Positions 15,001 through 28,579 are shown, numbered from the stretch's first letter. The stretch: 64,000 nucleotides of DNA from Eledone cirrhosa (GCA_964016885.1 OZ024742.1:3286001-3350000); one strand, 5' to 3'. Made by a program: numbers and translations. Notes: generated by a model not told the origin, from the sequence alone.

Positions 15001-18000
15001 AGCAACGTTGAAGACAGTAACGTTGAAGACAACAACGCTGAAGACAGCAACGTTGAAGACAACACCGTTGAAGACAGCAACGTTGAAGACAACAACGTTG
15101 AAGACAACAACGTTGAAGACAACAACGTTGAAGACAACAATGTTGAAGACAGCAACGTTGAAGACAGCAACGTTGAAGACAACAACGTTGAAGACAACAA
15201 CGTTGAAGACAACAGCGTTGAAGACAATAACGTTGAAGACAACAACGTTGAAGACAGCAACGTTGAAGAAAACAACGTTGAAGACAACAACGTTGAAGAC
15301 AGCAACGTTGAAGACAACAACGTTGAAAAGAACGACGTTGTAGATAACAACGTTGAAGACAGCAACGTTGAAGATAACAAAGTTGAAGACAATAACGTTG
15401 AAAACAATAACGTTGAAGACATCAAGGTTGATGACAGCAACGTTGAGGCAGCAACGTTGAAGACAACAACGTTGAAGACAACAACGTTGAAGACAACAAC
15501 GTTGAAGACAGCAACGTTGAAGACAGCAACGTTGAAGACAACAACGTTGAAGACAGCAACGTTGAAGACAACAACGTTGAAGACAACAACGTTGAAGACA
15601 GCAACGTTGAAGACAGCAACGTTGAAGACAACAACGTTGAAGACAGCAACGTTGAAGACAGCAACGTTGAAGACAGCAACGTTGAAGACAACAACTTTGA
15701 AGACAGCAACGTTTAAGACAGCAACGTTGAAGACAGCAACGTTGAAGACAACAACGTTGAAGACAGCAACGTTGAAGACAGCAACGTTGAAGACAGCAAC
15801 GTTGAAGACAATAACGTTGAAGACAGCAACGTTGAAGACAGCAACGTTGAAGACAGCAACGTTGAAGACAACAACGTTGAAGACAACAACGTTGAAGACA
15901 ACACTGTTGAAGACAGCAACGTTGAAGACAGCAACGTTGAAGACAGCAACGTTGAAGACAACAACGTTGAAGACAGCAACGTTGAAGACAACAACGTTGA
16001 AGACAGCAACGTTGAAGAAAACAACGTTGAAGACAGCAACGTTGAAGACAGCAACGTTGAAGACAACAACGTTGAAGACAACAACGTTGAAGACAACAAC
16101 GTTGAAGACAGCAACGTTGAAGACAGCAACGTTGAAGACAACAACGTTAAAGACAACAACGTTGAAGACAGCAACGTTGAAGAAAACAACGTTGAAGACA
16201 ACAACGTTGAAGACAGCAACGTTGAAGAAAACAACGTTGAAGACAGCAACGTTGAAGACAGCAACGTTGAAGACAACAACGTTGAAGACAACAACGTTGA
16301 AGAAAACAACGTTGAAGACAGCAACGTTGAAGACAGCAACGTTGAAGAAAACAACGTTGAAGACAACAACGTTGAAGACAATAACGTTGAAGACATCAAC
16401 GTTGATGACAGCAACGTTGAGGCAGCAACGTTGAAGACAACAACGTTGAAGACAGCAACGTTGAAGAAAACAACGTTGAAGACAACAACGTTGAAGACAG
16501 CAACGTTGAAGACAGCAACGTTGAAGACAACAACGTTGAAGACAACAACGTTGAAGAAAACAACGTTGAAGACAGCAACGTTGAAGACAGCAACGTTGAA
16601 AAAAACAACGTTGAAGACAACAACGTTGAAGACAGCAACGTTGAAGACAACAACGTTGAAGACAATAACGTTGAAGACAACAACGTTGAAGACAGCAACG
16701 TTGAAGAAAACAACGTTGAAGACAGCAACGTTGAAGACAGCAACGTTGAAGACAACAACGTTGAAGACAACAACGTTGAAGAAAACAACGTTGAAGACAG
16801 CAACGTTGAAGACAGCAACGTTGAAGACAGCAACGTTGAAGACAACAACGTTGAAGACAGCAACGTTGAAGACAGCAACGTTAAAGACAGCAACGTTGAA
16901 GACAGCAACGTTGAAGACAACAACGTTGAAGACAGCAACGTTGAAGACAACAACGTTGAATACAACAACGTTGAAGACAGCAACGTTGAAGACAACAACG
17001 TTGAAGACAGCAACGTTGAAGACAACAACGTTGAAGACAGCAACGTTTAAGATAGCAACGTTGAAGACAACAACGTTGAAGACAGCAACATTGAAGACAG
17101 CAACGTTGAAGACAACAACGTTGAAGACAGCAACGTTGAAGACAGCAACGTTGAAGACAGCAACGTTGAAGACAACAACGTTGAAGACAGCAACGTTTAA
17201 GACAGCAACGTTGAAGACAGCAACGTTGAAGACAACAACGTTGAAGACAGCAACGTTGAAGACAACAACGTTGAAGACAACAACGTTGAAGACAGCAACG
17301 TTGAAGACAGCAACGTTGAAGACAGCAACGTTGAAGACAGCAACGTTGAAGACAACAACGTTGAAGACAACAACGTTGAAGAAAACAACGTTGAAGACAA
17401 CAACGTTGAAGACAACAACGTTGAAGACAGCAACGTTGAAGACAGCAACGTTGAAGACAACAACATTGAAGACAACAACGTTGAAGACAACAACGGTGAA
17501 GACAATAACGTTGAAGACAACAACGTTGAAGACAGCAACGTTGAAGAAAACAACGTTGAAGACAACAACGTTGAAGACAGCAACGTTGAGGCAGCAACGT
17601 TGAAGACAGCAACGTTGAAGACAACAACGTTAAAGACAGCAACGTTGAAGACAGCAACGTTGAAGACAGCAACGTTGAAGACAGCAACGTTGAAGACAAC
17701 AACGTTGAAGACAGCAACGTTGAAGACAACAACGTTGAAGACAACAACGTTGAAGAGAGCAACGTTGAAGACAGCAACGTTGAAGACAACAACGTTGAAG
17801 ACATCAACGTTGAAGACAACAACGTTGAAGACAATAACGTTGAAGACAACAACGTTGAAGACATCAACGTTGAAGAAAACAACGTTGAAGACAACAACGT
17901 TGAAGACAGCAACGTTGAAGACAATAACGTTGAAGACAATAACGTTGAAGACATCAACGTTAATGACAGCAACGTTGAGGCAGCAACGTTGAAGACAACA

Positions 18001-21000
18001 ACGTTGAAGACAATAACGTTGAAGACAATAACGTTGAAGACATCAACGTTGATGACAGCAACGTTGAGGCAGCAACGTTGAAGACAACAACGTTGAAGAC
18101 AGCAACGTTGAAGACAGCAACGTTGAAAAGAACGACGTTGTAGATAACAACGTTGAAGACAGCTACGTTGAAGATAACAAAGTTGAAGACAATAACGTTG
18201 AAGACAATAACGTTGAAGACATCAACGTTGATGACAGCAACGTTGAAGACAGCAACGTTGAGGCAGCAACGTTGAAGACAGCAACGTTGAAGACAGCAAC
18301 GTTGAAGAAAACAACGTTGAAGACAACAACGTTGAAGACAGCAACGTTGAAGACAACAACGTTGAAGACAATAACGTTGAAGACAACAACGTTGAAGACA
18401 GCAACGTTGAAGAAAACAACGTTGAAGACAGCAACGTTGAAGACAGCAACGTTGAAGACAACAACGTTGAAGACAACAACGTTGAAGAAAACAACGTTGA
18501 AGACAGCAACGTTGAAGACAGCAACGTTGAAGACAGCAACGTTGAAGACAACAACGTTGAAGACAGCAACGTTGAAGACAGCAACGTTAAAGACAGCAAC
18601 GTTGAAGACAGCAACGTTGAAGACAACAACGTTGAAGACAGCAACGTTGAAGACAACAACGTTGAAGACAACAACGTTGAAGACAGCAACGTTGAAGACA
18701 ACAACGTTGAAGACAGCAACGTTGAAGACAAGAACGTTGAAGACAGCAACGTTTAAGATAGCAACGTTGAAGACAACAACGTTGAAGACAGCAACGTTGA
18801 AGACAGCAACGTTGAAGACAACAACGTTGAAGACAGCAACGTTGAAGACAGCAACGTTGAAGACAGCAACGTTGAAGACAACAACGTTGAAGACAACAAC
18901 GTTGAAGACAACAACGTTGAAGACAACAACGTTGAAGACAACAACGTTGAAGACAGCAACGTTGAAGATAGCAACGTTGAAGACAACAACATTGAAGACA
19001 ACAACGTTGAAGACAACAACGTTGAAGACAATAACGTTGAAGACAACAACGTTGAAGACAGCAACGTTGAAGAAAACAACGTTGAAGACAACAACGTTGA
19101 AGACAGCAACGTTGAGGCAGCAACGTTGAAGACAGCAACGTTGAAGACAACAACGTTGAAGACAGCAACGTTGAAGACAGCAACGTTGAAGACAGCAACG
19201 TTGAAGACAGCAACGTTGAAGACAACAACGTTGAAGACAGCAACGTTGAAGACAACAACGTTGAAGACAACAACGTTGAAGAGAGCAACGTTGAAGACAG
19301 CAACGTTGAAGACAGTAACGTTGAAGACAACAACGCTGAAGACAGCAACGTTGAAGACAACAACGTTGAAGACAGCAACGTTGAAGACAACAACGTTGAA
19401 GACAACAACGTTGAAGACAACAACGTTGAAGACAACAACGTTGAAGACAACAACGTTGAAGACAGCAACGTTGAAGACAGCAACGTTGAAGACAACAACA
19501 TTGAAGACAACAACGTTGAAGACAACAACGTTGAAGACAATAACGTTGAAGACAACAACGTTGAAGACATCAACGTTGAAGAAAACAACGTTGAAGACAA
19601 CAACGTTGAAGACAGCAACGTTGAAGACAATAACGTTGAAGACAATAACGTTGAAGACATCAACGTTGATGACAGCAACGTTGAGGCAGCAACGTTGAAG
19701 ACAACAACGTTGAAGACAATAACGTTGAAGACAATAACGTTGGAGTCATCAACGTTGATGACAGCAACGTTGAGGCAGCAACGTTGAAGACAACAACGTT
19801 GAAGACAGCAACGTTGAAGACAGCAACGTTGAAAAGAACGACGTTGTAGATAACAACGTTGAAGACAGCTACGTTGAAGATAACAAAGTTGAAGACAATA
19901 ACGTTGAAGACAATAACGTTGAAGACATCAACGTTGATGACAGCAACGTTGAAGACAGCAACGTTGAAGACAGCAACGTTGAAGACAGCAACGTTGAAGA
20001 CAGCAACGTTGAAGACAACAACGTTGAAGACAACAACGTTGAAGACAACAACGTTGAAGACAACAACGTTGAAGACAGCAACGTTGAAGACAGCAACGTT
20101 GAAGACAACAACATTGAAGACAACAACGTTGAAGACAACAACGTTGAAGACAATAACGTTGAAGACAACAACGTTGAAGACAGCAACGTTGAAGACAATA
20201 ACGTTGAAGACAATAACGTTGAAGACATCAACGTTGATGACAGCAACGTTGAGGTAGCAACGTTGAAGACAACAACGTTGAAGACAATAACGTTGAAGAC
20301 AATAACGTTGAAGACATCAACGTTGATGACAGCAACGTTGAGGCAGCAACGTTGAAGACAACAACGTTGAAGACAACAACGTTGAAGACATCAACGTTGA
20401 AGACAGCAACGTTGAAAAGAACGACGTTGTAGATAACAACGTTGAAGACAGCTACGTTGAAGATAACAAAGTTGAAGACAATAACGTTGAAGACAGCAAC
20501 GTTGAAGACAACAACGTTGAAGACAACAACGTTGAAGACAACAACGTTGAAGACAACAACGTTGAAGACAACAACGTTGAAGACAGCAACGTTGAAGACA
20601 GCAACGTTGAAGACAACAACATTGAAGACAACAACGTTGAAGACAACAACGTTGAAGACAATAACGTTGAAGACAACAACGTTGAAGACAGCAACGTTGA
20701 AGAAAACAACGCTGAAGACAACAACGTTGAAGACAGCAACGTTGAGGCAGCAACGTTGAAGACAGCAACGTTGAAGACAAAAACGTTGAAGACAGCAACG
20801 TTGAAGACAGCAACGTTGAAGACAGCAACGTTGAAGACAGCAACGTTGAAAACAACAACGTTGAAGACAGCAACGTTGAAGACAACAACGTTGAAGACAG
20901 CAACGTTGAAGACAACAACGTTGAAGACAACAACGTTGAAGACAACAACGTTGAAGAAAACAACGTCGAAGACAACAACGTTGAAGACAGCAACGTTGAA

Positions 21001-24000
21001 GACAACAACGTTGAAGACAGCAACGTTGAAGACAACAACGTTGAAGACAGCAACGTTGAAGACAACAACGTTGAAGACAGCAACGTTGAAGAAAACAACG
21101 TTGAAGACAGCAACGTTGAAGACAGCAACGTTGAAGACAACAACGTTGAAGACAACAACGTTGAAGACAACAACGTTGAAGACAGCAACGTTGAAGAAAA
21201 CAACGTTGAAGACAACAACGTTGAAGACAACAACGTTGAGGACAGCAACTTTGAAGACATCAACGTTGAAGACAACAACGTTGAAGAGAGCAACGTTGAA
21301 GACATCAACGTTGAAGACAACAACGTTGAAGAAAACAACGTTGAAGACAGCAACGTTGAAGACAGCAACGTTGAAGACAGCAACGTTGAAGACAACAACG
21401 TTGAAGACAACAACGTTGAAGACAACAACGTTGAAGACAACAACGTTGAAGACAGCAACGTTGAAGACAGCAACGTTGAAGACAACAACATTGAAGACAA
21501 CAACGTTGAAGACAACAACGTTGAAGACAATAACGTTGAAGACAACAACGTTGAAGACAGCAACGTTGAAGAAAACAACGTTGAAGACAACAACGTTGAA
21601 GACAGCAACGTTGAGGCAGCAACGTTGAAGACAGCAACGTTGAAGACAACAACGTTGAAGACAGCAACGTTGAAGACAGCAACGTTGAAGACAGCAACGT
21701 TGAAGACAGCAACGTTGAAGACAACAACGTTGAAGACAGCAACGTTGAAGACAACAACGTTGAAGACAACAACGTTGAAGAGAGCAACGTTGAAGACAGC
21801 AACGTTGAAGACAGTAACGTTGAAGACAACAACGCTGAAGACAGCAACGTTGAAGACAACAACGTTGAAGACAGCAACGTTGAAGACAACAACGTTGAAG
21901 ACAACAACGTTGAAGACAACAACGTTGAAGAAAACAACGTCGAAGACAACAACGTTGAAGACAGCAACGTTGAAGACAACAACGTTGAAGACAGCAACGT
22001 TGAAGACAACAACGTTGAAGACAGCAACGTTGAAGACAACAACGTTGAAGACAGCAACGTTGAAGAAAACAACGTTGAAGACAGCAACGTTGAAGACAGC
22101 AACGTTGAAGACAACAACGTTGAAGACAACAACGTTGAAGACAACAACGTTGAAGACAGCAACGTTGAAGACAGCAACGTTGAAGACAACAACGTTGAAG
22201 ACAACAACGTTGAAGACAGCAACGTTGAAGACAGCAACGTTGAAGAAAACAACGTTGAAGACAACAACGTTGAAGACAGCAACGTTGAAGACAGCAACGT
22301 TGAAGAAAACAACGTTGAAGACAACAACGTTGAAGACAGCAACGTTGAAGACAACAACGTTGAAGACAACAACGTTGAAGAGACAACAACGTTGAAGACA
22401 GCAACGTTGAAGACAGCAACGTTGAAGAAAACAACGTTGAAGACAACAACGTTGAAGACAGCAACGTTGAAGACAACAACGTTGAAGACAACAACGTTGA
22501 AGACAGCAACGTTGAAGAAAACAACGTTGAAGACAGCAACGTTGAAGACAGCAACGTTGAAGAAAACAACGTTGAAGACAACAACGTTGAAGACAACAAC
22601 GTTGAAGACAACAACGTTGAAGACAGCAACGTTAAAGACAGCAACGTTGAAGAAACCAACGTTGAAGACAACAACGTTGAAGACAACAACGTTGAAGACA
22701 ACAACGTTGAAGACAACAACGTTGAAGTAACAACGTTGAAGGCAACAACGTTTAAAACAACAAAGCTGAAGACAGCAACGTTGAAGATAACCTTGAAGAC
22801 AACAACGTTGAAGACAACAACGTTGAAGACAGCAACGTTGAAGACAACAACGTTGAAGACAGCAACGTTGAAGACAACAACGTTGAAGACTGCAACGTTT
22901 AAGATAGCAACGTTGAAGACAGCAACGTTGAAGACAGCAACGTTGAAGACAACAACGTTGAAGACAGCAACGTTGAAGACAGCAACGTTGAAGACAGCAA
23001 CGTTGAAGACAACAACGTTGAAGACAACAACGTTGAAGACAGCAACGTTGAAGACAACAACGTTGAAGACAGCAACGTTGAAGACAGCAACGTTGAAGAC
23101 AGCAACGTTGAAGACAACAACGTTGAACACAACAACGTTGAAGACAACAACGTTGAAGACAGCAACGTTGAAGACAGCAACGTTGAAGACAACAACGTTG
23201 AAGACAACAACATTGAAGACAGCAACGTTGAAGAAAACAACGTTGAAGACAACAACGTTGAAGACAGCAACCTTGAAGACAACAACGTTGAAGACAACAA
23301 CGTTGAAGACAACAACGTTGAAGACAACAACGTTGAAGACAACAACGTTGAAGACAGCAACGTTGAAGACAGCAACGTTGAAGAAAACAACGTTGAAGAC
23401 AACAACGTTGAAGACAGCAACGTTGAAGACAACAACGTTGAAGACAACAACGTTGAAGACAACAACGTTGAAGACAGCAACGTTAAAGACAGCAACGTTG
23501 AAGAAAACAACGTTGAAGACAACAACGTTGAAGACAACAACGTTGAAGACAACAACGTTGAAGAAAACAACGTTGAAGACAACAACGTTGAAGTAACAAC
23601 GTTGAAGGCAACAACGTTTAAAACAACAACGCTGAAGACAGCAACGTTGAAGATAACCTTGAAGACAACAACGTTGAAGAGAGCAACGTTGAAGACAACA
23701 ACGTTGAAGATAACCTTGAAGACAACAACGTTGAAGAGAGCAACGTTGAAGACAACAACGCTGAAGACAACAACGTTGAAGATAACCTTGAAGACAACAA
23801 CGTTGAAGAGAGCAACGTTGAAGACAACAACGCTGAAGACAACAACGTTGAAGATAACCTTGAAGACAACAACGTTGAAGAGAGCAACGTTGAAGACAAC
23901 AACGTTGAAGACAACAACGTCGAAGACAACAACGTTGAAAACAACATCGTTGAAGACAAAAACGTTGAAGAGAGCAACGTTGAAGGCAACAACGTTGAAG

Positions 24001-24412
24001 ATAACAACGTTGAATACAACAACGTTGAAGACAATAACGTTGAAGATAGCAAAGTTGAATACAACAACGTTGAAAAGAACGACGTTGTAGATAACAACGT
24101 TGAAGACAGCAACGTTGAAGATAACAAAGTTGAAGACAATAACGTTGAAGACAATAACGTTGAAGACATCAACGTTGATGACAGCAACGTTGAGGCAGCA
24201 ACGTTGAAGACAACAACGTTGAAGACAACAACGTTGAAGACAGCAACGTTGAAGACAGCAACGTTGAAGACAACAACGTTGAAGACAGCAACGTTGAAGA
24301 CAACAACGTAGAAGACAGCAACGTTGAAGACAACAACGTTGAAGACAGCAACGTTGAAGACAACAACGTAGAAGACAACACTGTTCAATATTACAACGTT
24401 GAAGACAACAAA
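1..24412. repeat. 15-bp tandem repeat array (minisatellite/satellite), consensus GTTGAAGACA[A/G]CAAC, ~1,600 monomers, extends beyond window start
   Basis: Uninterrupted 15-bp periodicity from base 1 to ~24,410. All ORF-track ORFs here (KTTTL, TLLSS, NVVVF, QRCCL) are translations of this monomer. Each monomer contains the palindrome CAACGTTG. Confidence 0.98.
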
Positions 24413-26504
24413 TGAAATAATGAAGTATAATGTTGATTCCTTAGACTAAATTATTTTGTGGATTATTTCAAATATTGTAATTTCATTCCCTCACTACTGT
24501 TGACCTAATCCTGTTGACCTAATTGTGTGAATAAGCAAGTTTTAACTGAATTTAGTTAACATAAGATAATGGCAAGGAACAAAAATTGGTAAATTCCAAA
24601 ATAAATTCTGCTTCTGTTTTCGATCTGTCAATCCTCAAAACGTTCACCCTATTGTCGTGACTGACTCGGTGTGTGGTTAGAATTGTTAGATCGTCCAATG
24701 GGTATTGAATCTAATTCAATTCTCAGCCTCCTCACAGGAAAGAATTCCTCTCTGGTTGACATCCACCACTTTCTGTTTGATTTCGGTCATGTCAGGTGTG
24801 TAGCCATACTCAACACGCTTGGCCAAATTGTGGGTTGGTGAGGCTATTTAACCCAAGGTTACTGTGGATGGCCGTTGACTCTGAGGAGTTCATCCTTTCT
24901 TTTAACAGCTCTTATTTTTTGTGCTGTTGGGATTTATAATGGATATTGTAAATCCAGATATATAAGAAAGATGATCAAGCTTGTTCGTGATGGTAATAAA
25001 ATGGCTCTGATACAGAACATGTCTGAATCTGAGAATGATGACGTATTTATTTGGTTAACAGTATTGGACTAGATACATAAAGTCATGTGATACAATTCTT
25101 AGAAAATCAACTACTCCAATCAATGGATAGAACGATGGAAAAACATGGAATACATATTCACCTTAAATAGTTAAATTTTTAACAATATTAGGTGAAAATG
25201 AAGGGTTGTCGCTTCTCTGCTAGAAGTCACTATTCGTGTACATTTTACATCTACAGCAATTCTATAGATGTATCAGAAGGATCACATTGTGAATCACTAC
25301 ACATCAGTCACTTTCAATTAAACGAGGAGGGAAATGTTTTGCGATAAGTTGAATTACATAAAACGCACATAGCGTCCTTTATATACTCCTAGGAGAGTTC
25401 TTTCATCATTATAGTCTTTCCTTTCTTTTTCTATATCTCTTTCCTTATTTTACTTTCTTAATTCTAATGCATTCTCTCTTTTACTGTCTCATACCACCCC
25501 GCCTTACAATTTTATTGATTATTCTAGTCGTTTCCCGTATATTCACCACTGAACTTTCTAATCTACTGAACAAACGGCAGAGAATATGTAATTTTGAAGA
25601 CATTTTCCGTCTTTCTTTAAATCGAGCTCCTATATAATGTTATACATGGAACTATAATAGAAATTTCTTTTGATTAAGCAGAAAGTGAATTACATATACT
25701 AGCAAGTATAATCGGAGAAATCACCTCAAGGATCTGGCTGGAAATTATTTCCTCAACCTTGCAACGATGAAACGCAAAGGTCATCTTTGTTGTATTTCAC
25801 TACATAAAGAAAGACATAGAGAACTTGTTATCTTAACATAATAACCGTTTACTAGAAATTCCTCTTGTCTAGATTCTATAATAATTGTTTAGCAAATATG
25901 CATGAGACGAAATTTTATTTCACTATCATTGAAATAGTTAATGATGGCGTTCAAATATATTTCCATGATGTAAGTGACATAAATAGTTCGCGTTCTTGTT
26001 TAGACCCCAAGTCGAGTCAGTTCAAAGAAACATAATGATATAAGATATTAATTTAATACACGACTGTCTGGATATTTTTAGGTATAGTTTCTCTTAGACA
26101 ACATTATCCTGTGTAACTATATTTTGAGAAAGTAAGGAGGAATATGAGGGAGGTTTCAGTACCAATTCTATAATGTTAAACAACAGGAAAATGGCGTTGC
26201 ACGAACTCTTACATACGCAAAGAAGAAAGCTGGATACAACCCCATTCACCAGACACATAAAACACAAGATATAAAATAAAAAGCAATGACTCCTTTCAAG
26301 CCACACACCCAAACTGTCCAAGTAAAGTAACTACCAGCCTCCATCAAATACTGGTCCGGAAACGACAGACGTATTCAGGCTAAAGCCGCCGTAATAGATT
26401 TCTATTACTTTGCACATGTATGTATATATATATATATATAATTACACGCACACACACATACATACACACATAATTCTGCACTAGAGGGGAACTCAATAAT
26501 TGAA

Positions 26505-26710
26505 CTTTAGGCACAAGTCCAGCAATTTGGGGGAGGAGAAAGTCGATTATATCGAACCCAGTGTGTTACTGGTACTTTATTTTATCGATCCTGCAAGAAT
26601 GAAAGGCAAAGCTAACCTCGGTGGGATTTGAACTCAGAACGTAAAGGGCCATAACAGTATGCTGCAAAGCATGGTATTCGACTCTCTACTTATACTACCA
26701 ATCCACTGCT
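26505..26710 (-). mobile_element. tRNA-derived SINE (Meta-domain-like central region)
   Basis: Minus strand has a B-box-like GAGTTCAAATCCC followed by GCCTTTCATTCTT..GATCGATAAAATAAAGTACCAG. Same family at 27076, 50961 and 51136. Confidence 0.75.
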
Positions 26711-27075
26711 CAATCCACGAAATTAAATAATGTCATACATATATTCGTGTGAAGCAACGTTTCTGTTAAGTAATACAGATTATTTTCTAATCAAAACATA
26801 TTTTACATTCCACCCTGTAAATTATTGAATGTTTATTTATTAGATTTAAACGTTTTATGTTTCCCGTTCCATGTTTTATTTTTATATAGAAAAATAAATA
26901 ACATTACTAAATCAATTCACTTTCATCTGTTTAGATTTTGCGGAATTACTAATTAAAAAGTGATATAGTCGATCTCGATTGACTAATTAATAAACATGTT
27001 TGTTCTTCAAACTATAAAAATCGAAGTTAAATTTAACAAGTTACGATGACATATGACGTATGATGTATATAATTA

Positions 27076-27185
27076 TAATTGTTTCTACTTTTGGCACAAG
27101 GCCAGCAATTATCCAGTGCACTACTGGTACTTTATTTTATCGACCCCGTAAGGATGAAAGTCAAAAGTTAACCACGGCGGGATTT
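27076..27185 (-). mobile_element. truncated SINE, same family as 26505-26710
   Basis: GGCACAAGGCCAGCAATT..CTGGTACTTTATTTTATCGACCCCGTAAGGATGAAAG matches the copies at 50961-51325. Confidence 0.7.
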
Positions 27186-27737
27186 TAATGTATATAATTA
27201 TAATATTGAATATTTAGTAACAACTCAGAATTACAAGAAATTGTGGCAAGGTGGTGCTACAGCGTGGCCGTAGTCTAAGTCGGAAATAAATGAAATAAAT
27301 GAAATAATACATGGGTTAAATATTCGACTTTGATATTGTTTACAATAATTGCACAAATAATGTCCAAATATGGAAGAAAAATATCTTTATAAATATCTAG
27401 AACTGAGGACAAAATATAGCGAATGAAAGAAAGAAATAGTATGAAGAAAGGAAATGAAGTAAGGTGCCAGGTTTGTGTTCGGAAATTGGAAGAATAAGAA
27501 AGAAAAAATACTAAAACACAGAAGAAACTAAGATAGCATGTAAACATCGAATAAATATTCAATAACTTGGCATTCAACTGGAAAATATATCATTAACTCT
27601 CGTAGACCGTAACTTAAAATATAAAAATACACTAAAGTAAAATTAGTGATTGAAATGTGAGATGCGTTTGGTTATAAAGGTAATTACACATCGTGACTTT
27701 CTAAGATATATTCCTAGATGACTTACATCATGTACAC

Positions 27738-27772
<35 letters not shown>

Positions 27773-27976
27773 TATGTATACGTACATGCATATATGTATA
27801 CAGACGTACAGTAGTATGTATATATATATACATACATGCACACATATATATATGTACGTATCGATTCGCCGAACATTTATTATAATGCTCGGTGTGTTTG
27901 TAAACAAACATCCCGAATTAAGCCGTACAATGTCTAGCAACCATCGTTGCTCATTTGTTCAACACTGACAAAGGAA

Positions 27977-28017
27977 CGCTGTACTAGTTTCAAGCTTATT
28001 AGCTATCGTCAGCAACG
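27977..28017 (-). ncRNA. minimal hammerhead ribozyme (family A)
   Basis: Reverse complement: CGTTG-CTGACGA-TAGCT AATA AGCTT-GAAA-CTAG-TA-CAGCG. Conserved core, stem II, palindromic stem III, GUA site, stem I CGTTG/CAGCG. Confidence 0.75.
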
Positions 28018-28224
28018 TATACCTTCCTGTCAGATGGTTGAACACCGAGCATTATAATAAATGTTCGGTGAATCCATACGTACATATATATATGTGTGCA
28101 TGTATGTATATATATATACATACTACTGTACGTCTGTATAAATATATGTATGTACGTATACATACTTATATTTAAGTAACAGCCGTACTAAGTGTGAGAA
28201 ATGAAATTTCGTTTCATTTTTTCC

Positions 28225-28284
<60 letters not shown>

Positions 28285-28398
28285 GTTTGTATATGTATAA
28301 TAATGCCAAAACAATGCAGGTATGGACATAGAATAAAGAATGCAAATGCAAAAGATATTGTTGACAATTAGTCTTTTACCTTAGATTTATTTAAATGT

Positions 28399-28433
28399 CC
28401 TTAATTTTCGAGATAATATCTCTTCTTCAGAGG
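28399..28433 (-). ncRNA. minimal hammerhead ribozyme (family B)
   Basis: Reverse complement: CCT-CTGAAGA-A-GAGAT ATT ATCTC-GAAA-ATTA-AGG. Perfect 5-bp stem II, AATT palindromic stem III. Confidence 0.72.
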
Positions 28434-28544
28434 GAAGTAAAGCTCTCAAACCAGTGTTCTAAATAGCTTGCCAAGTCATGCATGAGCCATGCATGAGCAT
28501 GACTTGGCAAGTTATTTAGAACAGTGGTTTGAGAGCTTTACTTC

Positions 28545-28579
28545 CCTCTGAAGAAGCGATATTATCTCGAAAATTAAGG
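28545..28579 (+). ncRNA. minimal hammerhead ribozyme (family B, mirror copy)
   Basis: CCT-CTGAAGA-A-GCGAT ATT ATCTC-GAAA-ATTA-AGG, with one stem II mismatch. Confidence 0.65.

Noticed and set aside
11-24388. Long KTTTL, TLLSS, NVVVF and QRCCL ORFs as real mucin-like or Cys-rich genes
   Set aside because: They are automatic translations of a 15-bp monomer with few stops. Starts are mostly TTG artefacts, there is no unique domain or signal peptide, and stops and frameshifts recur.
1-24412. CRISPR array (GTTGAAGAC..AAC resembles repeat ends)
   Set aside because: No unique spacers, period is only 15 bp, no cas genes, eukaryotic context.
24875-25072. 65-aa ORF with hydrophobic N-terminus just after the array
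   Set aside because: TTG start, short, no recognisable motif or splice support.
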